A stretch of DNA of 48,950 nt from Macrostomum lignano. Lineage: Eukaryota. The translations under genes were made by a program, and so were the position numbers. Shown here one piece after another: positions 12,601 to 25,700 of this stretch; within the stretch, counting starts at the first letter, position 1; each line of letters opens with the position of its first letter. The notes below the pieces were generated by a model that saw only the letters and a list, made by a program, of their open reading frames with translations, was not told the origin of the DNA and did not search any database. The stretch spans positions 1-48,950 of the forward strand of contig NIVC01003128.1 of the NCBI GenBank assembly GCA_002269645.1, in the 5' to 3' direction.

Positions 12601-15600
12601 TCTGTGTTTGTGTCTGCGTGTGTGTCTGTGTTTGTGTCTGCCTGTGTGTCTGTATTTATGTCTGCCTGTGTGTCTGTGTTTGTGTCTGCCTGTGTGTCTG
12701 TGTTTGTGTCTGCCTGTGTCTGTATTTGTGTCTGCCTGTGTCTGCCTGTGTGTCTGTCTGGGTGTCTGCCCTTGTCTGTGTCTGCCCCTATCTGTGTCTG
12801 CCCCTGTCTGCGTCTGCCCCTGTCTGTGTATGCCCATGCGTCTGTCTGTCTGTGTTGCTATTGTATAACCCATTTCTGCCACTCGCATTCATGAAGCCCT
12901 CACATTACACCCGCCGCTCCAGTTTACCAGAGCCTGGTCCGCACCTGCTCGCACGAGCACCCGGTGTACCAGTCAGACACTGAGGCTGGCAGCTCTCCAG
13001 GCTCCGCCAGCGACTCCGCAGCTGATCCAGTTCAAGGTGACGCATCGAATAGCCTTAGAAAAATCAGCTACAAAGACTACCTGCGGCTCTGGCTGTGTCT
13101 GTTTTCATTGGAGAAAGAGAAGGTGAGAGAGACAATGTAATTCCCGGTGAAAACGTTACTGTGGGCAAGAATTGCTAAATAGTCATTGCAAACAGCTCAC
13201 TAGTGACTCTAGCGACTCTGATGGGTCTCAGATGGGACTCTTCGGCCCCAGAGTCACTGACAACAAAACGCCTCAAATTGCTTCGTAGGCGACTATCTGA
13301 CGACCATTTGGCCACTTGTACCGTGAAGTCTTGTCGTCATAGAGTCGTCCCCAACCTGATCCCCACTCCCTAATCAATCCCAATATCTGATCCCCACTCC
13401 CTAATCAGTCCCAATATCTGATCCCCACTCCCTAATCAATCCCTATATCTGATCCCCACTCCCTAATCAGTCCCAATATCTGATCCCCACTCCCTAATCA
13501 ATCCCAATATCTGATCCCCACTCCCTAATCAATCCCAATATCTGATCCCCACTCCTAATCAATCCCAATATCTGATCCCCACTCCTAATTAATCCCAATA
13601 TCTGATCCCCACTCCTAATCAATCCCAATATCAGATCCCCACTCCTAATCAATCCCAATATCAGATCCCCACTCCTAATCAATCCCAATATCAGATCCCC
13701 ACTCCTAATCAGTCCCAATATCAGATCCCCACTCCCTAATCAATCCCAATATCAGATCCCCACTCCTAATCAATCCCACTACCTGATCCCTACTCCCTAA
13801 TCAATCCTGCGCCAATTTGATCCCAACAGAAGCTGTGCGATTACGTCGGCATGTCGGCCGCAGAGGCGCGCTCCATTTCCGGCGGAATTTTCGACGCTTT
13901 CCTGTCATCTGTGCTGGCGATTATCGAACGACTGGATCTGTCCGCTTGTCGCCTGTCGGACCTGGAGCCGCCTGTGACGGCTGCGTCTGAGGCCTCTTCA
14001 TCATCGGCTTCTACAGATGAAGATACTGCAGCCCCAATGACTGACACTTTGCAGGGCATGGTTGCTAGCACGCCTAAGGATATTGTGATCTTTGTTAATC
14101 TGGTCGACTTTGTTGAGTTAGTGTTATCACCTGTTAATCCGTTATATTTGATCTTATTCAGGGTAACTGTATATCTGATCCCCTACTTCCGGTTTATTAA
14201 ATCTCTCTCACGATGATCCTCAGATCCCTTTTACACCTGATCCCCTACTTCCGGTTTATTAAATCTCTCTCACGATGATCCTCAGATCCCTTTTACACCT
14301 GATCCACTACTTCTGGTTTATTAAATCTCTCTCACGATGATCCTCAGATCCATTTTACACCTGATCCCCTACTTCCGGTATATTAAATCTCTCTCACGAT
14401 GATCCTCAGATACCTTTTACACCTGATCCCCTACTTCCGGTATATTAAATCTCTCTCACGATGATCCTCAGATCCTTTTTACACCTGATCCCCTACTTCC
14501 GGTTTATTAAATCTCTCTCACGATGATCCTCAGATCCCTTTTACACCTGATCCCCTACTTCCGGTTTATTAAATCTCTCTCACGATGATCCTCAGATCCC
14601 TTTTACACCTGATCCCCTACTTCCGGTTTATTAAATCTCTCTCACGATGATCCTCAGATCCCTTTTACACCTGATCCCCTACTTCCGGTTTATTAAATCT
14701 CTCTCACGATGATCCTCAGATCCCTTTTACACCTGATCCCCTACTTCCGGTTTATTAAATCTCTCTCACGATGATCCTCAGATCCCTTTTACACCTGATC
14801 CCCTACTTCCGGTTTATTAAATCTCTCTCACGATGATCCTCAGATCCCTTTTACACCTGATCCCCTACTTCCGGTTTATTAAATCTCTCTCACGATGATC
14901 CTCAGATCCCTTTTACACCTGATCCACTACTTCCGGTTTATTAAATCTCTCTCACGATGATCCTCAGATCCCTTTTACACCTGATCCACTACTTCCGGTT
15001 TATTAAATTTCGCATAATTATCCTCAGATCCTTTTTACACCTGATCCACTACTTCCGGTTTATTAAATCTCCCAGAATTATCATCAGATCCTTTTTACAC
15101 CTGATCCACTACTTCCGGTTTATTTAATCTCCCAGAATTATCCTCAGATCCTTTTTACACCTGATCCACTACTTCCGGTTTATTAAATCTCCCAGAATTA
15201 TCATCAGATCCTTTTTACACCTGATCCACTACTTCCGGTTTATTTAATCTCCCAGAATTATCATCAGATCCTTTTTACACTTGATCCACTACTTCCGGTT
15301 TATTTAATCTCCCAGAATTATCATCAGATCCTTTTTACACTTGATCCACTACTTCCGGTTTATTAATTCCGATACAAGATTCCATCTTGTTTTTCTCCAT
15401 ACGTTAACCCCTCGCTTTCAGTTTTCAAGTTCCCCATTTAAATAGTTTCAGTGCCTACTATTAGTAGTAAGTTAAATCAATCGTAAATTTTACTTTGATT
15501 TTGTTTCCAGAGAGCTGCTGCAGCATCACAGACTCGGACCCATTGCCAAATGGTTTTATCCACTGTGCCAGGCGCTTATTGAGAAATCTGCTGAGTAATT

Positions 15601-15963
15601 AAATGCAAATTTCTACATTAATTTTATTTGATTTTCAGTACTCTACTAACAGTAGAAATGCGCAAACATTTTCTTTTTAGAAATCCTCTTATTAGTGGCT
15701 TTTACAAATTGCTGGCCACTTTTGTGACTCGAGCTCGGGACGCCGGCTATTTTAACGATCAGCCGGTCCCAGTTGCTATGGAGATCGCGGACACGGACAC
15801 GATGGAATCGGACAATCAGGACTCGCAAACAGACAATGACGAAGAAGGGCAATCGGTGGTTGCCATGGAGAATCGGACACAGTGCTGCGCTATGCTGGGC
15901 TCCTTTGCTGCCAGCCTGTCCGCCAGGTGAATCTGTCTGCCTGTCTGTCTGCCTGTCTGCCTG

Positions 15964-16006
<43 letters not shown>

Positions 16007-16007
16007 G

Positions 16008-16084
<77 letters not shown>

Positions 16085-16095
16085 GACTGTCTGTG

Positions 16096-16165
<70 letters not shown>

Positions 16166-16189
16166 CCTGTCTGTCTGCCTGTCTGCCTG

Positions 16190-16228
<39 letters not shown>

Positions 16229-16229
16229 G

Positions 16230-16300
<71 letters not shown>

Positions 16301-16301
16301 G

Positions 16302-16340
<39 letters not shown>

Positions 16341-16371
16341 TTGTCTGTCTGCCTGTCTGCCTGTCTGCCTG

Positions 16372-16414
<43 letters not shown>

Positions 16415-16415
16415 G

Positions 16416-16484
<69 letters not shown>

Positions 16485-16495
16485 GACTGTCTGTG

Positions 16496-16565
<70 letters not shown>

Positions 16566-16617
16566 ACTGTCTGTCTGTCTGTCTGTCTGACTGTCTGTCT
16601 GTCTTTCTGTCTGTCTT

Positions 16618-16658
<41 letters not shown>

Positions 16659-16659
16659 G

Positions 16660-16696
<37 letters not shown>

Positions 16697-16721
16697 GACT
16701 GTCTGTCTGTCTGTCTGTCTT

Positions 16722-16780
<59 letters not shown>

Positions 16781-19700
16781 TAGTTGACTTAGTCTTCACT
16801 CACCAACCCCTCTCCTCAGATGCGGGCAGCTACGCGGCGACCTCCTGGCTGCCAGCCTCCGCTTCCTGCTGTCTCTGCCGGCCAGCCTGCTCGCCGTCGA
16901 CCGTCCGGACGATGCGCTGGCCGCGGTGCGTCGAGGCCTCCGACTCGGCCGGTTCTGGCCGCCGCTGCTGGAGGCGGCTCTGGCCGCTCTGGACCGGTGG
17001 ACTGCGGCGGCCTCGTCTGCTGGCCTGTCAGACCGGGTGGCGCCCGTGCTGGCGGGGCTGTTGGCGGTGCTGCTGTCGGATGGCGGCAGCGGCGCCGGGC
17101 TGACTGACGCTGAGTCCGAGGCGCAACGTGGTGGCGCCGATCGGAGAAGCCTGGCCAGACAGTCGGTGAGCTGTGGGGTGCTGGTGCTGCTGGTATTGTC
17201 GGGTTTTGTCTCTGTCTTTAGGTCATTCCGTCTGTCGAAATTTAATTTCTTATCTAATTCCCCATGTAACTCTATGTCCAATTCTCTATATAATTCCCCA
17301 TCTAACTCTATATAATTCCCTACCTAATTCCCTATCTATTTCTCTATCTAACTTTCCATCTATTTTCCGATCTCAATTCCCCGTCTAATTCCTCCATCTA
17401 ACTCTTAATTTCTAATTCCCCATGTAACAAGCCCCCCTCCCTATCAATCCGCACTCAGGTGGCACGCGCCCTCCGATCAATCGAGGCGCGCCGAGCTCGC
17501 GCCAAAAACTACGCAGCAGGCGGCGGCGCCGAACTCGGACTGGCCGAAATGCAGAAGCGAGTTTTGTTATTCCTAGGCTCGGCTCAGTCCAGCTTCAAAT
17601 ACCAGCTGGCCGAAATCGCCTCGGACAAAGCGGCCACGGCCGATCTGGCAGCCTGGAGTCCCGGCGGCCGGTTGCTGTACTTTGATCTGCCATTCGCCGA
17701 TAGTAAGCCTCGACTCTATTTAGATCCGTTGCTAAGCAGATGCGTCGCCTTGGCAACCGAATCGAGTAGTAGACAGAGTAAAGTTGCGGCTGCCGAATGC
17801 TTGCACTCGATTGTGCTGCTGATGACTGGCAGGTGAGGTTTGATTCTGTCTGTGCGCGACCACATTCCTTTGTCCGAGAGGGGTTGTCGTTCGGTTCACA
17901 CCCATGAGAGCCATAAGTGTCTTTTACTATCTGTGTTCCTCCCCGTTCACTATTATCAGTACATAGTCCCGCCTTAATAAGACCGAAAGGGTTGCTGCGA
18001 TCTCGACCGAGGAAAGGTTGAAATGCTGTGACTCTCGGCAGGGTCAGGGTTTGGGTTCAACCATAAAGGACTCAAAGAAGAATCAAAGAAGAATTGTTGA
18101 GATGCCAAGGGTCAACTGGAACTTGTCGATAGGACAAGCCAAAGGTAGATCAAAGGGAAAGTTAGGGTTAAGCTACGGCTTAAACGGAGGCTTTGAGGCC
18201 GAAGCCCACAGGGGATGCTGATATCTTAGGCAAGATAGCTGGCTCTCAGAGCTGATGCTTTTTGTCTTTATAAATATCATCCTTCCTATATACTAAAAAT
18301 GAAATGTCTGTAACTAACTAGCTATGCGATAGATTTCAGAAAAAATGGCTCAACCGATTTTCTTCAAACTTGCACCATTCGATCAGAAATGTTCCTGGGA
18401 CGGTACATGTATCTTGGCTAAGAAATTGCTCAATGTTAAAGGGATTAAATATTCGAAAAACATGCTTTTTTGCAAAGGTCAAGCCAAATTTTTGACTTGA
18501 AATGCATTGTAAGAATGCTAGAGAAAAAACTGACTGGCTGAATTACGATTGTGATAAAGATTGCATCACAACAAGGTGAAAACAGTGCCACAGAAACGCA
18601 CACAAGACTTCATTGAAATTGCGTAACCATATTGCTAACTTGAATTGAGACTGATACTGGCTGACTGAGAAATTGATTATGTCATAACTTTTACTCTAAC
18701 CGACTTGCTATAAGTATTGAATTATAAGGGCCACAAGTCATGTTCTTCAATTGAAAAGAGATAGCCGGATGCAAACAGACTGGAATGCTAATGTAGCGAC
18801 CTTGGTTCGAATCTTAGTGGTGAAAAATGTTTTTTTTATTAAAACACGTTAAAAAATACAAAATTCTCAACATTAAAGAGCCACCATGTCGAAACATTAA
18901 AGAGCCACCATTTCAAACATTAAAGAGCCACAATGTCAAACATTAAAGAGCCACCATGTCGAACGTAAAAGAGCCACCATATCAAACATACAAGAGTTAC
19001 CATGTCAAACATTAAAGAGCCACCATGTCGAACATTAAAGAGCCACAATGTCAAACATTAAAGAGCCACCATTTCAAACCTAAAAGAGCCACCATGTCGA
19101 ACATTAAAAAGCCACCATGTCAAACATTAAAGAGCCACAATGGCAAACATTAAAGAGACACCATTTCAAACCTAAAAGAGTTACCATGTCAAACATTAAA
19201 GAGCCGCCAGGTCAAACATAAAACAGACACCATTAAGAACATTAAAGAGCCACCATGTCGAACATTAAAGAGCCACCATGTCAAACATAAAACAGCCACC
19301 ATTTCGAAAATTAAAGAGCCACCATTTTAAACATTAAAGAGCCACCTTGTCAAATATTAAAGAGCCACAATGTCAAACATTAAAGAGCCACCTTATCAAA
19401 CATTAAAGAGCCACCATGTCAAACATTAAAGAGCCACCATGTAAAACATTAAAGAGCCACCATGTCGAACATAAAAGAGGTACCATGTCAAACATTAAAG
19501 ACCCACCAGGTCAAACATGAAAGTGCCACCATGTCAAATATTAAAAAGCCACCATGTCAAACATTAAAGAGCCACCAGGTCAAACATGAAAGTGCCACCA
19601 GGTCAAACATATACATGACTCCATGTCAAACATTATAGAGCCACCATGTCGAACATAAAAGGGCCACCATGTCAAATATTAAAGAGCCACCATGTCAAAC

Positions 19701-22700
19701 ATTAAAGAGCCACCAGGTCAAACATGAAAGTGCCACCATGTAAAACATTAAAGAGCCACCATGTCAAACATTAAAGAGCCACCAGGTCAAACATATACAT
19801 GACTCCATGTCAAACATTAAAGAGCCACCATGTCGAACATAAAAGGGCCACCATGTCAAATATTAAAGAGCCACCATGTCAAACATTAAAGAGCCACCAG
19901 GTCAAACATGAAAGTGCCACCATGTAAAACATTAAAGAGCCACCATGTCGAACATTTAAGAAGCACCATGTCAAACATAAAATAGCCACCATGTGAAACA
20001 TATAGGTGACTCCATGTAAAACATTAAAGAGCTACCATACCAGACATATACATGACTCCATGTCAAACATATACGTGACTCCATGTTAGACATTTAAGAG
20101 CCACCATGTCGAACATTAAAGAGCCAACGTGTTAAAAATACAAGAGCCACCAGGTCAAACATATATATGACTCCATGTCAAACATTAAAGAGCCACCATG
20201 TCGAACATAAAAGGGCCACCATGTCAAATATTAAAGAGCCACCATGTCAAACATTTAAGAGCCACCATGTCAAACATATACATGACTCTATGTCAAACGT
20301 TAAAGAGACACCATGTCAAACATTACAGAGCCACCATGTCAAACATTTAAGAGCCACCAGGTCAAACATGAAAGTGCCACCATGTAAAACATTAAAGAGC
20401 CACCATGTCAAACATATACGTAACTCCATGTCAAACATTGAAGAGACCCCATGTCAAACATTAAAGAGCCACCACGTCGAACATAAAAGAGCCACCATGT
20501 AAAACATATACGTAACTCCATGTCAAACATTGAAGCGACACCATGTCGAACATAAAAGAGCCACCATGTCGAACATTAAAGAGCCACCATGTCGAACATA
20601 AAAGAGCTACCATGTCAAACATTAAAGAGCCACCATGTTAAACATAAAAGAGCCATCATGTCAAACATATAAGTGACTTTATGTCGAACATTAAAGAGCC
20701 ACCATGTCTAACATTAAAGAGCCACCATGTCCAACATTAAAGAGCCACCATGTCAAAAATTAAAGAGCCACCATGTCTATCATTAAAGAGCCATCATGTC
20801 AAACATTAAAGAGCTACTTTGTCTAACATTAAAGAGCCACCATGTCAAACATTAAAGAGCTACTTTGTCTAACATTAAAGAGCCACCATGTCAAACATTA
20901 AAGAGCCACCATGTCAAACATTAAAGAGCCACCATGTCAAACATAAAAGAGCCACCTTTTTGAACATTAAAAAGCCACTTTGTCAAACATAGAAGAGCCC
21001 CCATGTCAAACATAGAAGAGCCCCCATGTCAAACATAGAAGAGCCCCCATGTCAAACATAGAAGAGCCCCCATGTCAAACATAGAAGAGCCACTATGTCA
21101 GACATTGAAAAACCACCGTATCAAACATAAAAGAGTTACCATGTACGAGCGTAGAACATAAAAGAGCCACCCTGTTAAACATAAAAAGATACACAATTTC
21201 AAACGTAAAAGTAAGCGAATTTTAAAGGAGCCGCTATAATGCTAAGGAAATTGTCGCACTAGCTACTTATTGTCTGGTGGATGCTTGCTATTTGGGGATG
21301 CTATCTATCTTGGGGATGCTTGCTATCTGGGGGATGCTTGCTATCTGGGGGATGCTTGCTATCTGGGGATGCTTGCTATCTGGGGGATGCTTGCTATCTG
21401 GGGGATGCTTGCTATCTGGGGGATGCTTGCTATCTGGGGATGCTTGCTATCTGGGGATGCTTGCTATCTGGGGGATGCTTGCTATCTGAGGGATGCTTGC
21501 TTTCTGGGGGATGCTTGCTATCTGGGGGATGCTTGCTATCTGGGGGATGCTTGCTATCTGGGGGATGCTTGCTATCTGGGGGATGCTTGCTATCTGAGGG
21601 ATGCTTGCTATCTTGGGGATGCTTGCTATCTGGGGGATGCTTGCAATCTGGGGGATGCTTGCTATCTGGGGGATGCTTGCCATCTTGGGGATGCTTGCTA
21701 TCTAGGGGATGCTTGCTATCTGGGGGATGCTTGCAGTCTTGGGATGATTTCTTTTTGCAATGCACTTCATTTGAGCAGTTTGTCTGTTGTCTTTTTGAAG
21801 GATTTTTGGCTGTCTTTTTGTTACTTTAGAAAACAGAGATTCTATCCAGATGTCCCCCATCGGGGGGCGAAGATTGCTAGTTGTAAAAGCTCAAAACGTA
21901 CATTTTTATTAAAAAATTATATTGCTGTTTTCGTTGCCCCCGATGGGGGGGGGCGCAGATTGCTGGTCCACTTTACTAAAATGATTTGTCTCTATCTATC
22001 TAGTTAGGAATTCAGGTAGGTATGTGTTGTCTCCCCAACGGGGGGCGCAGATTGCTAGTCCCATATACTAGAAATGATTTGTCTGTGGGTAGGTTTGTGA
22101 TCTAATCTATAATCCTTTTTCTAATAAGGTTTTCTTTAGCTCGAAAAAATGAGCAGTTGCTATTATTTTTATCGGTATTAATAAATTTTGTTTTAAGAAT
22201 CATATTTTAAAACGGCAGTTTTGCGGCTATGTATTGTAATAACTTTTGTAAGTAATTGTTCACAATTTTTTTAGATGCGCATTTGCTTCAACATCCGGCA
22301 ACGATCGGGAGCAACTGCTGACTCTGTGGCGCCGGTTGCTGCCAGCCCTGCTGCCGTTGGCGGCAGATGAAGATCCTGTAGTGAAACAGCTGTTTCAACC
22401 ACTGCTCATGCAGCTTGTGCATTGGTTTAGCAGGAGTCGGGAGTTTGAAGGTGAGACTGAAGATGGCTTTTAAATACTCATGGACCTATCTAGATACTCA
22501 CAGACTGCTCAAGATGTCCACAGATTCCTCTAGATACTCACAGACTGCACAAGATGTCCACAGATCCCTCTAGATACTCACAGACTGCTCAAGATGTCCA
22601 CAGATCCCTCTAGGTACGCATAGACTGCTCAAGATGTCCACGGATCCCTCTAGATACTCACAGACTGCACAAGATGTCCACAGATCCCTCTAGATACTCA

Positions 22701-25700
22701 CAGACTGCTCAAGATGTCCACAGATCCCTCTAGATACGTATAGACTGCTCAAGATGTCCACGGATCCCTCTAGATACTCACAGACTGCTCAAGATGTCCA
22801 CAGATCCCTCCCTCTAGATATTCACAGAATACACAAGATACACACGGACCCCTCTAGATACCCACAGATCCATCTAGTTTCTCGCAGACTGCTCAAGATC
22901 TACTCAGACTACTCACAGTACTCAGAGTACTCACTACTCACATACTTTTTTACCATAAGGTGCCTCAAGCCAGTCAGAGAACCTAGCGCATGACTGTAGG
23001 CCAGAGGAGGGGACAGAGGAGAGGGAATAAAGAAGAGATAAGAGAAATGGGAGAAAGCCAAGGCAAGGAAATGAAAGAAAGGGAGAGAAAAGAGAAGAGA
23101 GCTGAGAAGACAAATAAGCCTTGAAGCTTGCCAAATTGTTATTGTGAAGTTTCAAAGGAATCGAGGGCCGGACAGAGAGGCTCCACAGGTCGCAGTTTGC
23201 CGGTGGAAATCTTCAAATCTATATACGAGCCGTAATAAAACCGGTTGTGTTTTTTGCAACTGTTTCCAACCGAAACCGCCCCTCGTTCTCCCCATTCTCC
23301 AGGCCCCTACACGGCCCTGTTACTAGACTCGCTATTCGACAGATTAACGGCATCGAGCGGCGACGCTTCGGTTAGAGATCTGGCCGCGCAAAGCTTGCGT
23401 GAATTTCTCACCTGGTCAGTTCGGCAGCAGATGCCGTCGTCTGGCGCAGATTCAACCGCCAGCTTCTACAGTCGCAACGTGAAATCCATAGTGAAGCGGG
23501 TCTGCCTGCTGGCTCTGCATCCGGCTTCGTCTAAACGTTTGGGCGCTGCTCTGGCCTTCAACGCCGTGTACGCTCAGTTTCGCGAAGAGGACAGTCTGGT
23601 CAATGCGTTTGCTTTCGAATTGCTGCACTGCTTCATGCGCAGCATTCAATTGGCCGATGCAGACGATGCCAGCTTGGGAACTGTGGAGCAGTGCGACCTG
23701 GCATTGGATCATTTGGAACGGATCATGGTTGAGCGGGCCGCTGCGCTAAAGGTTGGTTTAATCAACCTCAATAGAGATTAATAGAGATAAGACTAATGCG
23801 GTTCCTGGCTCTATGAAATTCAAATCACGAGCCACGATTCAAAGAAATCAGAATCACGATTCTAAGAATTAAGAGCCATGATTCTAAGAAATCCAAGTCA
23901 CAATTCTAAGAAATTCGACTTAAAATTCTAAGAAAGCAAGTCACGATTCTAAGAAATCATAATCACGATTCTAAGAATTAAGAGCCATGATTCTAAGAAA
24001 TCCAAGTCACAGTTCTAAGAAATTCGACTTAAAATTCTAAGAAAGCAAGCCACGATTCTAAGAAATCATAATCACGATTCTAAGAATTAAGAGCCATGAT
24101 TCTAAGAAATTCAAGTTACAATTCTAAGAAAGCGAGCCATGATTCTAAGAAATGCGAGTCTCAATTGTAAGAAATCTAAGTCACAATTCTAAGAACTTCA
24201 AATCACGATTCTATAAAATCGGAATCATGATTCTAAGAAATCGGAGTGACGATTTAAAAAAAACCAGCCATGATCATAAAAACAGTAGAATTTTCGCTGT
24301 GGCTTTTTTGAAAAATATTTATTTGAGGTCAATTTTATTGCTTGAAAATCGTCCTTCGGTTTCTTTAGACATTGTCTCTTCGGTTTCTTAAAAATCGTCT
24401 GTCGGGTTACACAGGAATTGTTCGTCGTGTTTCTTAAAAATCCTACTCTGATCTTTGGAAATCTATCAGGTTTCTTAGAAATCGTTTACTGTCTCTAAGA
24501 AATCATCCATGTTTTCTTAGAAGTCATCTATAATTTTCTAAATAATTTTTTGTGTTTCCTAGAAATCGTCTGGGGTTTCTTAGAAATCGTTAGTTGGTTT
24601 CTTAGAAATCGTTAGTTGGTTTCTTAGAAATCGTTAGTTGGTTTCTTAGAAATCGTCAGTTGGTTTCTTAGAAATCGTTAGTTGGTTTCTTAGAAATCGT
24701 TAGTTGGTTTCTTAGAAATCGTTAGTTGGTTTCTTAGAAATAGTCAGTTGGTTTCTTAGAAATCGTCAGTTGGTTTCTTAGAAATCGTTAGTTGGTTTCT
24801 TAGAAATCGTTAGTTGGTTTCTTAGAAATCGTCAGTTGGTTTCTTAGAAATCGTTAGTTGGTTTCTTGGAAATCGTTACTGCTTTTCTTATAAATCGCAC
24901 TCAGCTTCCCTCGCTACTCTTTCCCCCTCCCCAGGTGGAGTCTCAGGGCCGTCGCACGCCGCTAGGCTCAAAGTGGACCAGCGCGACCTTGGAGGTGGCG
25001 GTCCGCTGGCTGGTGGGCCAGTGCGGCCAACCCGAATCCGCTTGCCGAGCCGCCGCAATGCGACTGCTGGTGAACGACGGTTCGCCGACAGATCGTCGCA
25101 GACGGGTTCGCGGCGGCCTCGCCCGCTGCCTATTGACGTCGTCGCCGGAGAAACGGCAGCAGACTGCAGCCTCGCCGAGGCAATTCTTTCAGGCACTGTT
25201 GAAACAGTTTAAAGCGAATTATTTTTATGATAGATGGGAACGGTGAGTTCTGGATTTCTATTGTTTATTGATGTTTTAGCATTGAATTGAAGTTTTAATG
25301 AAATGCAGGTCAGGTTAGTTATAAATACATGTGTTTAAGGCTGCTGAAAGTTGCGTAGATGTAGGGAGATAAGATTTAGGGAGATAGAAGATTTAGGGAG
25401 ACGAGATTAGTGATGGATCGAATTTTTTTGCATCGAAATCGAAATTTTCGGTACTTTAGAAATTGAAATTGCATCGAAATCAAAATCGAAATCAAAATTG
25501 AAATTGCAGGTAACAGGTTGCAGATAAAAAATCATTACTAATGATGAAGAAAACATGTACTTTTCGCAGTGGGCATATTCTATGCAACTTCCTCAACCTC
25601 CATGGGCTTCTATGGAGGTTGAGGTGGGTATAGCACAAGCCCTGAAACAGTGCGTGCCCGCAATATTTTCTTGGAGAAAAGGCAATTCTCACCTCCCCCT

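Larger units (their letters stand above)
18280..22058 (+). mobile_element. Probable non-autonomous Helitron-like element(s) carrying internal tandem arrays (intron 14)
   Basis: 5' TC...CTATATACTAAAAATGAAATGTCTGT start; three GC-hairpin + CTRR|T 3'-end motifs at 21852-21880, 21936-21966 and 22031-22058; no Rep/helicase ORF; boundaries uncertain. Confidence 0.5.

Noticed and set aside
11719-12983. Cys-, His- or Val-rich repetitive ORFs resembling metallothionein or keratin-associated proteins
   Set aside because: Read-through from exon 8 into the intron 8 repeat; a GT donor at 12314 has the phase needed for exon 9
17850-18020. Possible minimal hammerhead ribozyme or pseudo-LTR (TTAATAAGACCGAAAGGGTTG, loose direct repeat)
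   Set aside because: The CUGAUGA core is not matched and I could not form stem I; an Infernal/RNAMotif search would be needed
24985-25200. Possible micro-intron or frameshift in the poorly conserved middle of exon 17
   Set aside because: The candidate GT-AG removals I tried led to stops; the continuous frame keeps correct phase at both ends
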